Assembly: GCA_964640345.1 (NCBI GenBank)
Contig: CAZXFU010000010.1
Coordinates: 1-27,272, forward strand
Length of the DNA: 27,272 nucleotides
Direction: 5' to 3'
From: an uncultured Eubacteriales bacterium
GTDB lineage: Bacteria > Bacillota > Clostridia > TANB77 > RGIG9151
The number at the start of each line of letters is the position of its first letter. The stretch's first letter is position 1. This document shows, piece after piece, positions 7,111-15,584 of this stretch. Made by a program: the position numbers and the translations under genes. The notes beneath the pieces were generated by a model. It was not told the origin of the DNA, searched no databases, and saw only the letters and a list, made by a program, of their open reading frames with translations.

Positions 7111-9450
7111 TTACAAAATCCATTCATTCTCTGCTTCCCAATAGCCTTCAACATAAGGAGGGTCTTTTTCGGAAGCAATATCTTCTCCGATTTCAGGTAT
7201 TATTACTTCAATCAAGATACTTGTCAAACTATTTCCACTTTTATCAGCTACTTCTTCTATTAATATATTCCCACTCTTTTCTTTTAAAGTGCCAAGCGGA
7301 ATTTCATACAACTTTTCTTTTCCTGAAAATTCAACATTATTTCTCACACTTACATCATCCCATAAAAGCCTGTATGAAATACTTGCTATTTCAGTATCGT
7401 CAGTCAATAGCAAAATAAGTCTCGGATTACTGCCATTTAAGTATGCTTTTACCGTCGAACCGCTTGTAAGTTTTCCACTTACTTCACTTGGTTCTACAAT
7501 AGAAATTTCCGGCAAAGTTGTATCTTTTTCAGTTTCATCTGTCTTATTATTATCCGTTTTCGACTCATCTGAGGTTGCGTCTTCCTCATTAGCACCGCAC
7601 ACACATATTCCATTGATATACGTATGCTGATACTCTTCTTCCCTTCTTGAATTACATCCAGTGCATGTCCAAACTTGAAGATGAGTTGTTTTTGTTTTAT
7701 TTGTAAATGTTACTGTATTCGGTACAGGGTAATTATTATGGTTGCAACTAGCAGGATCTACATATGTCGTCGTCGTTCCGCCACTACCTGTTGGATAATA
7801 ACCTCCCGAAGGAGTGTAACTATCAGAAGTTCCTCCGCCTTCAGGATCAGTATCATCATCTGTTTCTGTTAACTGGGTTCCGTCAAGAGCTGTATTGCAT
7901 TTACTGCAATATAGTTTACCATTAGATTCAATCCAAACTGTTCCTTCTTCACAATTAGGGCATTTTGTAATGCCGGCTCTTTGAAGAACATCTTTTACTC
8001 TATTTTTAAAATCACCAGCAAATGCTGAACCAATGTCATCGATTATTGTTCCTTCATCTATTACTTCGCCGTCTCCTGTAATAATCTTTTCACCGCTATT
8101 TAGTTTATCTAAGCACACCGCACAAATTTCTTCTACCATCATTTCAGGAAGTGCCTTTGAACCGCAAAGCTTACATTTTTTTAATTCAGTAGAAACATCA
8201 CTTCTAGGATTTCCTTCACTATCAAAGAACATATTAAAGTGGTCTTCACACATTAACTTTCCTGTTTTTTCATATACATCAACAGGCACATCTTTATTAC
8301 AATTTACAATAGTACAATCACTATTATGTAAGTTACAATAATTAGGGAAGTACAAACATTTATCCTCATCTATATCTTTGTAAACATTTTCGTTATCAGG
8401 ATTGCTTTTTGGTTGTTTACAACCGTTTTCCCAGCAAAAATGCTTTGCACAATAAGGGGTATAACCGTCCGGGTTGTTTCCCTGATATACACTAGGGGTT
8501 GTTCTTCCATCTGCTAGGTTTATACCGATAACAGCATCGTTACAATTCATCTTGCTACAAGTATGTTTAATGCAAAAAGCACTTTCTTCTACTTTTTCAT
8601 CACAGTCTAAATTTTCTTCTGACCTAATTCCATCTCCGCCATTGCCTACTGCCCAGAAGAATCCACAAGTATGTTTAGGGCAATACTTACTTAAAAAGTT
8701 ATCAGAAAAAGCTTCATTAAAAGTAAATCCGTTACTTGCAACATAATGAGCACATTCCGTACACTTACTATGAGTGTTGCAAACAAAAAATGCATCATCA
8801 AGAGAAATACTGTTCATGTTATTCGGAGCAATTCTTTCTCTAGTTACAGTAAGTTGCTCCATTGAACCTTTAATATCAGTATATATAGGATATATTCCAT
8901 ATTTCTTAGTATAATATCCATTGCTGGATCCAACAGCTTCACGCACGAATCCTGCAAAAGCTTCCGAATAAAGGTCGATTTCATTTGGATCAAAATAAAT
9001 TAAGTATAAATTTCCGTCTTCAACAGAAAATAACAATCTACAAGTGTCAATTTCATATTTTTGCAAAAAACCATTATGTATCAAAAACTTTTCTCCGTTA
9101 CAATACGTATACTCTGTATAATATGAATAAGAATGTCCCATGCACCCCTCTTCTTCACAATGCAGCGTCAATGACATACCATCATATTCTACAGAAGAAT
9201 TAAAAGCATATGCTGATTTCAACATAAAGCCTTTACCAAAACAATCATACCCATCCTCCCAAAAATCTTCACTACATAAATTAACTACCTTAATATAATC
9301 TGATGACTCACAATCTTTTTGCAAACACGCTTCCTCTACGATATCGTAATCTATCATATCGATTTTATCGATTTCAACAGCGTTTGAAACGCTAAACCCG
9401 AAGACAAGCATCATACAGACCATTACGCCTACCAACAGTTTATTCTTCAT
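7111..9450 (-). CDS. Orphan secreted cysteine-rich protein (779 aa) with zinc-ribbon-like motifs and a C-terminal beta-sandwich-like domain
   Basis: Contains a Sec signal peptide (MKNKLLVGVMVCMMLVFGFSVSNA/VE). By hand count there are about 38 Cys in the mature part. A [FYV]C-x2-H-x1-3-C motif recurs (VCNTHSKC, YCPKHTC, FCIKHTC, YCAKHFC, YCNLHNSDC), and classical CxxC...CxxC pairs are present (CKLCGS..CAVC, CPNCEE..CSKCN). A G/T/S/D-rich linker is followed by a Cys-free C-terminal domain. Start ATG 9450 follows GGGGGAG. I do not recognise a family. Confidence 0.75.
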   Translation of the reverse strand: MKNKLLVGVMVCMMLVFGFSVSNAVEIDKIDMIDYDIVEEACLQKDCESSDYIKVVNLCSEDFWEDGYDCFGKGFMLKSAYAFNSSVEYDGMSLTLHCEEEGCMGHSYSYYTEYTYCNGEKFLIHNGFLQKYEIDTCRLLFSVEDGNLYLIYFDPNEIDLYSEAFAGFVREAVGSSNGYYTKKYGIYPIYTDIKGSMEQLTVTRERIAPNNMNSISLDDAFFVCNTHSKCTECAHYVASNGFTFNEAFSDNFLSKYCPKHTCGFFWAVGNGGDGIRSEENLDCDEKVEESAFCIKHTCSKMNCNDAVIGINLADGRTTPSVYQGNNPDGYTPYCAKHFCWENGCKQPKSNPDNENVYKDIDEDKCLYFPNYCNLHNSDCTIVNCNKDVPVDVYEKTGKLMCEDHFNMFFDSEGNPRSDVSTELKKCKLCGSKALPEMMVEEICAVCLDKLNSGEKIITGDGEVIDEGTIIDDIGSAFAGDFKNRVKDVLQRAGITKCPNCEEGTVWIESNGKLYCSKCNTALDGTQLTETDDDTDPEGGGTSDSYTPSGGYYPTGSGGTTTTYVDPASCNHNNYPVPNTVTFTNKTKTTHLQVWTCTGCNSRREEEYQHTYINGICVCGANEEDATSDESKTDNNKTDETEKDTTLPEISIVEPSEVSGKLTSGSTVKAYLNGSNPRLILLLTDDTEIASISYRLLWDDVSVRNNVEFSGKEKLYEIPLGTLKEKSGNILIEEVADKSGNSLTSILIEVIIPEIGEDIASEKDPPYVEGYWEAENEWIL

Positions 9451-9499
9451 ATTAACTCCCCCTATCAAAAAAACGAGAAATCTTATAAATATTACTTAA

Positions 9500-9528
9500 A
9501 TTGTAACATAAAAGCAATTTTTTTTCAA
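9500..9528 (-). promoter_or_regulatory. Sigma-A-type promoter of the Cys-rich protein gene
   Basis: The minus strand shows TTGAAA (9528..9523), a 17-nt spacer and TACAAT (9505..9500), with TGT immediately upstream of the -10 (extended -10-like). Confidence 0.6.
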
Positions 9529-9569
9529 CACGTTTCCTCAAATTCTTCGGTATTGTCGACACTTCGAGT

Positions 9570-9619
9570 CATTTTTTTAACAAAAATAGCACAGACTAAA
9601 CAACATAATATCTGTGCTA
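9570..9619 (-). terminator. Intrinsic terminator after flgE
   Basis: On the minus strand: TAGCACAGA-15 nt loop-TCTGTGCTA followed by TTTTTGTTAAAAAAA. It starts about 25 nt after the flgE stop. Confidence 0.75.
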
Positions 9620-9643
9620 CTTCAACATTCTATCTTTTTTAAA

Positions 9644-11182
9644 CTATCTCTTTAAATTAACTAACTCTTGTAACATCTCATCGGCTGTCGTAATACCACG
9701 GCTGTTAGCCTGGAAGCCCCTTTGGTAAATAATCATATTCGTAAACTCCGTTGAAAGATCTACGTTCGACATCTCTAACGTATTTGATGTCAAAACTCCT
9801 GCTTCTTCTCCGGGTACAATAGCTCTAAAATCGCCTGAGTTAGCCGTTTCAGAATAAGCACTGTCTCCAACACTTTTTAATCCTGCATAATTTTCAAAAC
9901 TTGCAAGAGCAATCACTCCTAAAGGTTGCTGCTTACCGTTCGTATAAATTCCGGTAATAACACCGTCAGAGCCAATACTGTAATCGCTCAATTTACCTGT
10001 CGTATACCCGTTTGAATCATAGACGTATATTGAATCTTTAGCCGAATATTGAGTTACACTCGAAAAATCAAAATATATAGAAGTCTTGTTGTCAGGACTC
10101 GCATCATATTTAGCAACAAAATCAAGTTTTAACCCATCAATCTGATTTCCGTCTTTATCAAGCAACTCTTGCACTTTTCCATATCCCTCGCCGGGGTTAT
10201 TTGAAAAAATAATTGAACCTTCAACCGGATCGCCTGCGTTATCAGTTACAACATTGCCTGCAACACTTATCGTGTATGTCCATTTATTCGCAACATACTC
10301 ATTCTTATCATTTATTACTTTCAATGCCCCGGATGTTCCCTCAGATACTTCTTGGAAGTAAGTAGTCGTCTGATTTCCAAACTTTTCTGTTATTTCTTTA
10401 ACATACATACCGGCTGTCCAAGCTAAAGCATTTCCGTCTCTGTCTTCGAGCCTTTCGTTTTTTACATCATCTAATATAAGTGAATTAGAAGCTGCAACAT
10501 TTTCCCACTTAGTAAGTGTCATCGTCGCATCTACTTCATTTCCGTAATTATCATACAAAGTAAGTGGGACACCAACAGTAGTACCAGCCTCACTATTTGC
10601 ATTTAAGTTCCCGGAAAGCACAACAGCGGTAGTTGCTTGCGGTTCTATTATCTGCTTATCTCCATTATAAACATCTCTAAATATATTTATAGGTTCAACG
10701 TCCATCGTCGTAGCGAATTCGGTTTCTCCGGATATATCGTCAGTTTCGATTTTTTTCTGCCAACCACAAACTAACGCTCCACTTGCCGTTTTTAGATTTC
10801 CTTGCTTGTCTACACCAAAAGCACCGGATCTAGTAAAAGTAAACGGACTACTATCGCCTTCTTTTATTATAAACAATCCATTCCCGTCTATGGAAACATC
10901 TAATGGGTTATCTGTTCTTTCAATATTTCCTTCTGTATAAAGCATATCAATGCTGGAAGTACTGCAACCCAGACCTACTTGCATAGGATTTGTTCCTCCC
11001 ATACCTGTATCTGAGTTTGGTGCAGTAGCGTTAGCCATTGTATTTGCAAACACTTGCTTAAATAAAACACGAGATGCTTTAAACCCTGACGTGTTTACGT
11101 TAGCAATATTATTTCCAATTACGTCCATAGCAGTCTGGTGGTTTCTCAAACCTGAAATACCAGACATCATTGATCTCATCAT
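9644..11182 (-). CDS. flgE: Flagellar hook protein FlgE
   Basis: The N-terminal flagellar basal-body rod/hook motif is present (MMRSMMSGISGLRNHQTAMDVIGNNIANVNTSGFK). The C-terminus is conserved (LEMSNVDLSTEFTNMIIYQRGFQANSRGITTADEMLQELVNLKR). Start ATG 11182 lies 8 nt after GGGAGGAG. Confidence 0.95.
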   Translation of the reverse strand: MMRSMMSGISGLRNHQTAMDVIGNNIANVNTSGFKASRVLFKQVFANTMANATAPNSDTGMGGTNPMQVGLGCSTSSIDMLYTEGNIERTDNPLDVSIDGNGLFIIKEGDSSPFTFTRSGAFGVDKQGNLKTASGALVCGWQKKIETDDISGETEFATTMDVEPINIFRDVYNGDKQIIEPQATTAVVLSGNLNANSEAGTTVGVPLTLYDNYGNEVDATMTLTKWENVAASNSLILDDVKNERLEDRDGNALAWTAGMYVKEITEKFGNQTTTYFQEVSEGTSGALKVINDKNEYVANKWTYTISVAGNVVTDNAGDPVEGSIIFSNNPGEGYGKVQELLDKDGNQIDGLKLDFVAKYDASPDNKTSIYFDFSSVTQYSAKDSIYVYDSNGYTTGKLSDYSIGSDGVITGIYTNGKQQPLGVIALASFENYAGLKSVGDSAYSETANSGDFRAIVPGEEAGVLTSNTLEMSNVDLSTEFTNMIIYQRGFQANSRGITTADEMLQELVNLKR

Positions 11183-11221
11183 ATGTAAAACTCCTCCCAA
11201 GAGGTGCAAAAAATAACCGTC

Positions 11222-11608
11222 CTATGCTATAACTGCCCCATCAATATTTGTAAAAACATTATTTTTCATTTCGTCCTTATTTAATACTGTCACGACATTC
11301 TTTTCTCGCACATTTACCACAAATGCGATATCGTCAACCATGACAAGCGAATCCTTTACGTTCTTTTCTCCCGCTCTATTTATAGCGTCATTCAGCTTAC
11401 CTTTCTGCTCATCAGTAAGCTCTATATTTCTGGTTTGCAATCTACTTTCAGCATGCTTGGAAAACTTAACTTCCTTGTTATCAAAAAGTTTCTTTGCAAA
11501 AATATCTTCAAAACTTGTATTTGGTTTTGTAATACCTTGAGTAGATTGATTTCCCTGAGTAATTCCGCCATTCCCTATGCCGGGAATTATTCTGTTATTT
11601 ACTATCAT
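11222..11608 (-). CDS. Flagellar operon protein (TIGR02530-like small protein found between flgD and flgE in Firmicutes)
   Basis: About 128 aa with the motif FSKHAESRLQTRNI. The family was recalled from memory and not searched. The position between flgD and flgE supports the call. Start is probably ATG 11608; the track's GTG 11617 abuts the SD. Confidence 0.6.
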   Translation of the reverse strand: MIVNNRIIPGIGNGGITQGNQSTQGITKPNTSFEDIFAKKLFDNKEVKFSKHAESRLQTRNIELTDEQKGKLNDAINRAGEKNVKDSLVMVDDIAFVVNVREKNVVTVLNKDEMKNNVFTNIDGAVIA

Positions 11609-11635
11609 GAAATCCACCCCAAATTATAAAATTAT

Positions 11636-12166
11636 TTATGCTTCGATTTCTTCAAGAGATCCATCTTCTAGACCAGTAGCATTATTCGTTCCGCCTTCCT
11701 CTGTTTTGTTAGCGTCGTCAGTATTCCCCTCGATCAATTGCGTCAATATATTCGTTAATACCTGAAGTTCCTCAGCCATATCCGTTACTTTAAATATATC
11801 ATCTACATCAACGCTTACTCCGTCAATAACTGCATAAGTAGTATCTCCGACCTGAGTTACACTCTCAACATATCCCTCTATCGTTTCAGTACCATAATTT
11901 GCAGTGGCATACTTTCCTACCATTGAATATGATTGAAACTGTGAAAAAGTCGTATTTAAATTTTGCATCTGTTCCAAAGACGAAAACTGAGCCATCTGAG
12001 CAATAAATTCAGTATCGTTCGTCGGTTCCAAAGGATCTTGATACTGCATCTGAGTAACCAGCAAACCTAAAAATTCATCTTTTCCTAATGATGATGTATT
12101 TTTGCTTTCAGTAGAATATGTACTCGGTGTGACTAAAAAATCATCGCTCACAGAATCAACAGCCAT
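11636..12166 (-). CDS. flgD: Flagellar hook capping/assembly protein FlgD
   Basis: Contains the conserved LGKDEFLGLLVTQMQYQDPLEP...FIAQMAQFSSLEQMQNLN region. AGGAGG SD is present. Confidence 0.92.
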   Translation of the reverse strand: MAVDSVSDDFLVTPSTYSTESKNTSSLGKDEFLGLLVTQMQYQDPLEPTNDTEFIAQMAQFSSLEQMQNLNTTFSQFQSYSMVGKYATANYGTETIEGYVESVTQVGDTTYAVIDGVSVDVDDIFKVTDMAEELQVLTNILTQLIEGNTDDANKTEEGGTNNATGLEDGSLEEIEA

Positions 12167-12185
12167 ATATAATACCTCCTAAAAT

Positions 12186-13496
12186 TTACGCAGAATAACT
12201 TACCGTACTATCCGGATAATAGTAAAGCGATTTTAATTCATTAAATCCAAATTCGTCATCCTCTGCGTAAAAGCCTTCATTATTAACTTCCTCTATTTTC
12301 TGACGTTTTTTAAACGAACTATAATTATTCTGATCGAATAAAGGTCCTCTTCCATCGTTTCCAACAGAAACACTTAAATCCTGAACAACCATTCCCTGAC
12401 TCGCAAGGTGATCTTTTAAATCCTGCATATTGGCTTCAAGTATTTCTTTTACTTTACGGCTTTCAGCCAAAAATTTAGCCGTTACATTGCCGTTTTCTAC
12501 CGCTATCTCTACTGTAACTTTCCCTAAATGATCAGGTTTTAATTTTATAATCATTTCAGACTTATCCTCAAGCACATTAACATCAACATGCTCGGCAACC
12601 TGCTTTATAACGTCTATTTGCTCCTGCATATCTGCAGTTCTATTCATTAAAATATCCGAAACATTCTCAGTTTTAACGTCCGCAATTTTAAAATCAATCT
12701 TTTCTGTTCCAACGTCAAATTGTTCTAACTTTCCCTCTACATTTCCTTTTTTATTAAATTCAAAACCAGTATTTCTGCCTTCTTTATTTTTTACAGTCTT
12801 ATTTTTTAAACTATTCCCATCTTCAAACGACGATAACAAATCAGAATTTAATTCATCATTAAACTCACTTCCGGTCTCTTCACTTTTCAGTTCCGTTTCT
12901 TTCATTTCAGAGTCTGAATCTCCTATTTCTTCGCACAAAGATTCCAGCTTTTTCTCTAAATCATCATATTCGTTAAACGTAATTTTCTCCGTTTCCACGT
13001 TCTGTGGGCCAACTTCGATAACATTTTGCAATAAGCCTTCATTTACAACTTCCTGTACCTTAGACATCTCTTCATCCGTTAAACTTATATTCTCGACATC
13101 CAACAGTTCTTTAACGTCCTCAAAACCTATTTCTTTTACGTCCGCTTCTTCCAGTTTCCCTAAAATATTTTCAGCTAAAACATTTATTTTTTCCGTCGTC
13201 TCTTTACCCTCGTCTTTAACATTCTTCTTATCTTTAGTTTTCTCTCGTTCTTTCGTTTTTTCCGCTTTCTCGTCTTTATCAACAGTCTTAGTGTTCTCTA
13301 AACTTCCTTTTTCATCAACGTCATCTTTTATATTTTTATTATTCTCCTTTTTTTCGACAACTCCTTTTTCTTTCTCAATATTTTTTGAAAAAATATCTTT
13401 AAAACCAGAATCAGTCTTTTGGGTCACGTCCTTGGACAAGTTATTAAGATTACTAAGTCCGAAATTAAACTTCCCTGTTATTAAGGCGGCATCCAT
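12186..13496 (-). CDS. fliK: Flagellar hook-length control protein FliK
   Basis: The N-terminal two-thirds is acidic/lysine-rich and low in complexity. The C-terminal Flg_hook-type domain is present (IIKLKPDHLGKVTVEIAVENGNVTAKFLAESRKVKEILEANMQDLKDHLASQG). It lies upstream of flgD. Start is ATG 13496 or GTG 13508. Confidence 0.85.
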   Translation of the reverse strand: MDAALITGKFNFGLSNLNNLSKDVTQKTDSGFKDIFSKNIEKEKGVVEKKENNKNIKDDVDEKGSLENTKTVDKDEKAEKTKEREKTKDKKNVKDEGKETTEKINVLAENILGKLEEADVKEIGFEDVKELLDVENISLTDEEMSKVQEVVNEGLLQNVIEVGPQNVETEKITFNEYDDLEKKLESLCEEIGDSDSEMKETELKSEETGSEFNDELNSDLLSSFEDGNSLKNKTVKNKEGRNTGFEFNKKGNVEGKLEQFDVGTEKIDFKIADVKTENVSDILMNRTADMQEQIDVIKQVAEHVDVNVLEDKSEMIIKLKPDHLGKVTVEIAVENGNVTAKFLAESRKVKEILEANMQDLKDHLASQGMVVQDLSVSVGNDGRGPLFDQNNYSSFKKRQKIEEVNNEGFYAEDDEFGFNELKSLYYYPDSTVSYSA

Positions 13497-13543
13497 ACCA
13501 ATCACCACCCTCCATTTTTGTATAGTGATATTTCACGTTAAAT

Positions 13544-13570
13544 TAATCGGCAACTAGTTTTAAAACTTTA
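13544..13570 (-). promoter_or_regulatory. Sigma-D/sigma-28-type promoter upstream of fliK
   Basis: The minus strand reads TAAA-gttttaaaactagtt-GCCGATTA. The -35 is the rc of 13567..13570, the spacer is exactly 15 nt, and the -10 is the rc of 13544..13551. It matches the consensus TAAA-N15-GCCGATAT at 11 of 12 positions. It lies about 35 nt upstream of the fliK SD. Confidence 0.6.
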
Positions 13571-13584
13571 TACTTTTCAGCAAT

Positions 13585-13992
13585 TTATTCAAAAAATTTT
13601 GAAAGTCGCCCGCCGTCTAAACTTCCTACAGGCAGCAAATTAAAAATTCCCAAAATAAAATTTACCAGTGCAAACTCTTTTGTCCAAAAAATTAAAAGAC
13701 CTGAGGCACAAATGCTTGCCACAGGTCCAGCCAATAATATTTTTATCATCTTCTCTCTAATTACTTTGTTCTGATTTTTCAATCTGCAGCAAAAGCCAAA
13801 TGGGAGTATGTAAAACACATTTATCTTTTCGCCCAAATGATATATCATCGCTATATGTCCTATTTCATGCAAAATGAGAGCAATAATACATAATGCAAAT
13901 GCTTTTACTTTTTGCGTCATAATAACCCACAAAAGCATGATAAAAAAGTAAACGCTAACAGACACATATAATTTTCTTATGCGAAAAATCAT
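13585..13992 (-). CDS. Minimal M50 site-2 protease family protein (about 135 aa, four predicted TM segments, no CBS/PDZ domain)
   Basis: HEIGH (HExxH) lies in a TM segment, and NLLPVGSLDGG (NxxPxxxLDG) lies in the last TM. Start is probably ATG 13992; the track's TTG 14022 would overlap the upstream gene. Confidence 0.8.
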   Translation of the reverse strand: MIFRIRKLYVSVSVYFFIMLLWVIMTQKVKAFALCIIALILHEIGHIAMIYHLGEKINVFYILPFGFCCRLKNQNKVIREKMIKILLAGPVASICASGLLIFWTKEFALVNFILGIFNLLPVGSLDGGRLSKFFE

Positions 13993-14005
13993 CTTCTCAC
14001 AACCC

Positions 14006-14854
14006 TTATACTTTTTCGTCAATCGTATATATTACCTTTTCAGGGTCAACATACCTGCCATCTTTCGTCACCTCAAAATGTAGATGTGGTCCGGTTGTTT
14101 TTCCTGTATTTCCAGATAATGCGATAACGTCGCCTTGTAAAACTTTATCGCCCTCTTTAACTTTTATTTCAGAGCAATGTGCATATGTAGTTACTATATC
14201 CGAATTCTTTATTTTTACACAATTTCCTAAGGAAACATTACTTTTCTTTACTTCAACAACAGTACCGGCAATCGCCGATTTTACCTGTGTACCGGTAACA
14301 GCAGCAAAGTCAATTCCTGTATGTAACGTATATTTTGATGTGACAGGATCAATCCTGTCTCCAAACGTTGATGTTATCTCCCCGTTTAGCGGTCTTAAAA
14401 TTGTTGTAGCCTTTACTATATTGTATATATCTTTTTCGCCTTGAGTCATCCCTTCTGTTGGATCTGCTTCCGGTTCAGGTATTTCTTCTGCCACAGAAGT
14501 ACTTACTTCTACGGCTTCGGCTTGCTGACTTACTTCCGAAGTTTTTGTCTCAGTACTCTCGGGATTTAATATCTCAGGAACCGCTATTTTAATATACTCG
14601 ATTCCCCATTCTATGCCGTTTCTTACCTGATCTATATTAATATCGCTTTTTGCAATTTCAGTTGCTTTATTCCAAATATCCGAATTTGCAATAACTTCAA
14701 CATTTTCACATGCAATTACTGTTCCTAAGATTGCGGCACTAATTATCGTTTGCTTCACAAACTTTCCCCAACATTTTATTACCTTTCTATCTGCTTCTAT
14801 TCGCCTTGCACCAGTTCGATATGGACTTTGATATCGGTTTATTACTTGTTCCAT
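14006..14854 (-). CDS. Membrane-anchored M23 (LytM-type) metallopeptidase
   Basis: Contains an N-terminal TM (IISAAILGTVIA) and a C-terminal M23 domain with intact catalytic motifs: HTGIDF (HxxxD) and GPHLHFE (HxH). SD GAGGGGGA precedes the ATG. Confidence 0.88.
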   Translation of the reverse strand: MEQVINRYQSPYRTGARRIEADRKVIKCWGKFVKQTIISAAILGTVIACENVEVIANSDIWNKATEIAKSDINIDQVRNGIEWGIEYIKIAVPEILNPESTETKTSEVSQQAEAVEVSTSVAEEIPEPEADPTEGMTQGEKDIYNIVKATTILRPLNGEITSTFGDRIDPVTSKYTLHTGIDFAAVTGTQVKSAIAGTVVEVKKSNVSLGNCVKIKNSDIVTTYAHCSEIKVKEGDKVLQGDVIALSGNTGKTTGPHLHFEVTKDGRYVDPEKVIYTIDEKV

Positions 14855-14951
14855 ATTTTCCCCCTCTTTCCTATGTACATTGCTTTGTTTACTATATTTT
14901 ATGTTTCTCCATTTGTTTCTATGTATTTTTTTTAGAATTTATTAAAAACTA

Positions 14952-14979
14952 TTAACACAAAGTAGTATATTACTATACT
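14952..14979 (+). promoter_or_regulatory. Possible sigma-A promoter for the VanW gene
   Basis: TTAACA (14952..14957), a 16-nt spacer and TATACT (14974..14979), about 40 nt upstream of the start. Confidence 0.4.
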
Positions 14980-15020
14980 TTTAGTTTTTTTGCAAATTTA
15001 AAGGATGGGAGCTAGTGATA

Positions 15021-15584
15021 ATGCGATTTTTAACCTTGATTATTTTATTTATCATAACATTTACTTTTACCGGTTGCCAAAAAAAAAATTCAAACCAAAA
15101 CTCACAAATAAATTACACAACAAGTAAAATAAATGTTCAAAAAGTATATGGCGAATTTTACACAAATATTACCGATAAAACGCCTGAAAGACTTAACAAT
15201 ATCAAAGTCGGCGTTGAAAAATTAAATGGTGCAAAAGTAGAGCCGGGAGCTACTTTTTCTTTTAATGACTGCATAGGTCCAAGAAATGAAGAAACAGGCT
15301 TTAAAGAAGCAATTATCTTTGATGGTCACGGAAACAAGATAAAAGGTTATGGCGGCGGACTTTGTCAAATAAGTTCAACATTATATAATGCGGCACTAAA
15401 CGCAGGAATGGAAATAACTGAACGCCACGAACATAGCAGAGACGTGACCTATATTGAAGAAGGAAAAGACGCAACAGTTGCATATGGTGCGGAAGACTTA
15501 CAGTTTAAAAACAATAGTGGTGCCGTAGTCACAATCAATGCAAAAATAGACAATGACGTACTTTTTATAACCGTGCAAAGCTAA
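15021..15584 (+). CDS. VanW-domain lipoprotein
   Basis: Contains a signal peptide with a lipobox (FTFTGC) and the VanW signature GGGLCQISSTLYNAAL...ERHEHS. ATG 15021 lies 9 nt after GGGAG; the track's GTG 15015 is too close to the SD. Confidence 0.85.
   Translation: MRFLTLIILFIITFTFTGCQKKNSNQNSQINYTTSKINVQKVYGEFYTNITDKTPERLNNIKVGVEKLNGAKVEPGATFSFNDCIGPRNEETGFKEAIIFDGHGNKIKGYGGGLCQISSTLYNAALNAGMEITERHEHSRDVTYIEEGKDATVAYGAEDLQFKNNSGAVVTINAKIDNDVLFITVQS

Noticed and set aside
12700-13400. Repetitive-looking A/G-rich DNA in fliK (runs of AAAGA/GAAAA), considered as a possible tandem repeat or array.
   Set aside because: This is compositional low complexity encoding the Lys/Glu/Asp-rich FliK N-terminal region. 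It has no fixed-period unit and no spacer-repeat structure.
14273-14280. Other partial sigma-D -10 matches: GCCGATTT at 14273 and 21053, GCCGATGT near 615, and CCGATAT/CCGATAA at about 1607, 8525, 15172 and 21484.
   Set aside because: None has TAAA at the required 15-nt spacing. Most are on the strand opposite to local transcription or deep inside coding sequence.
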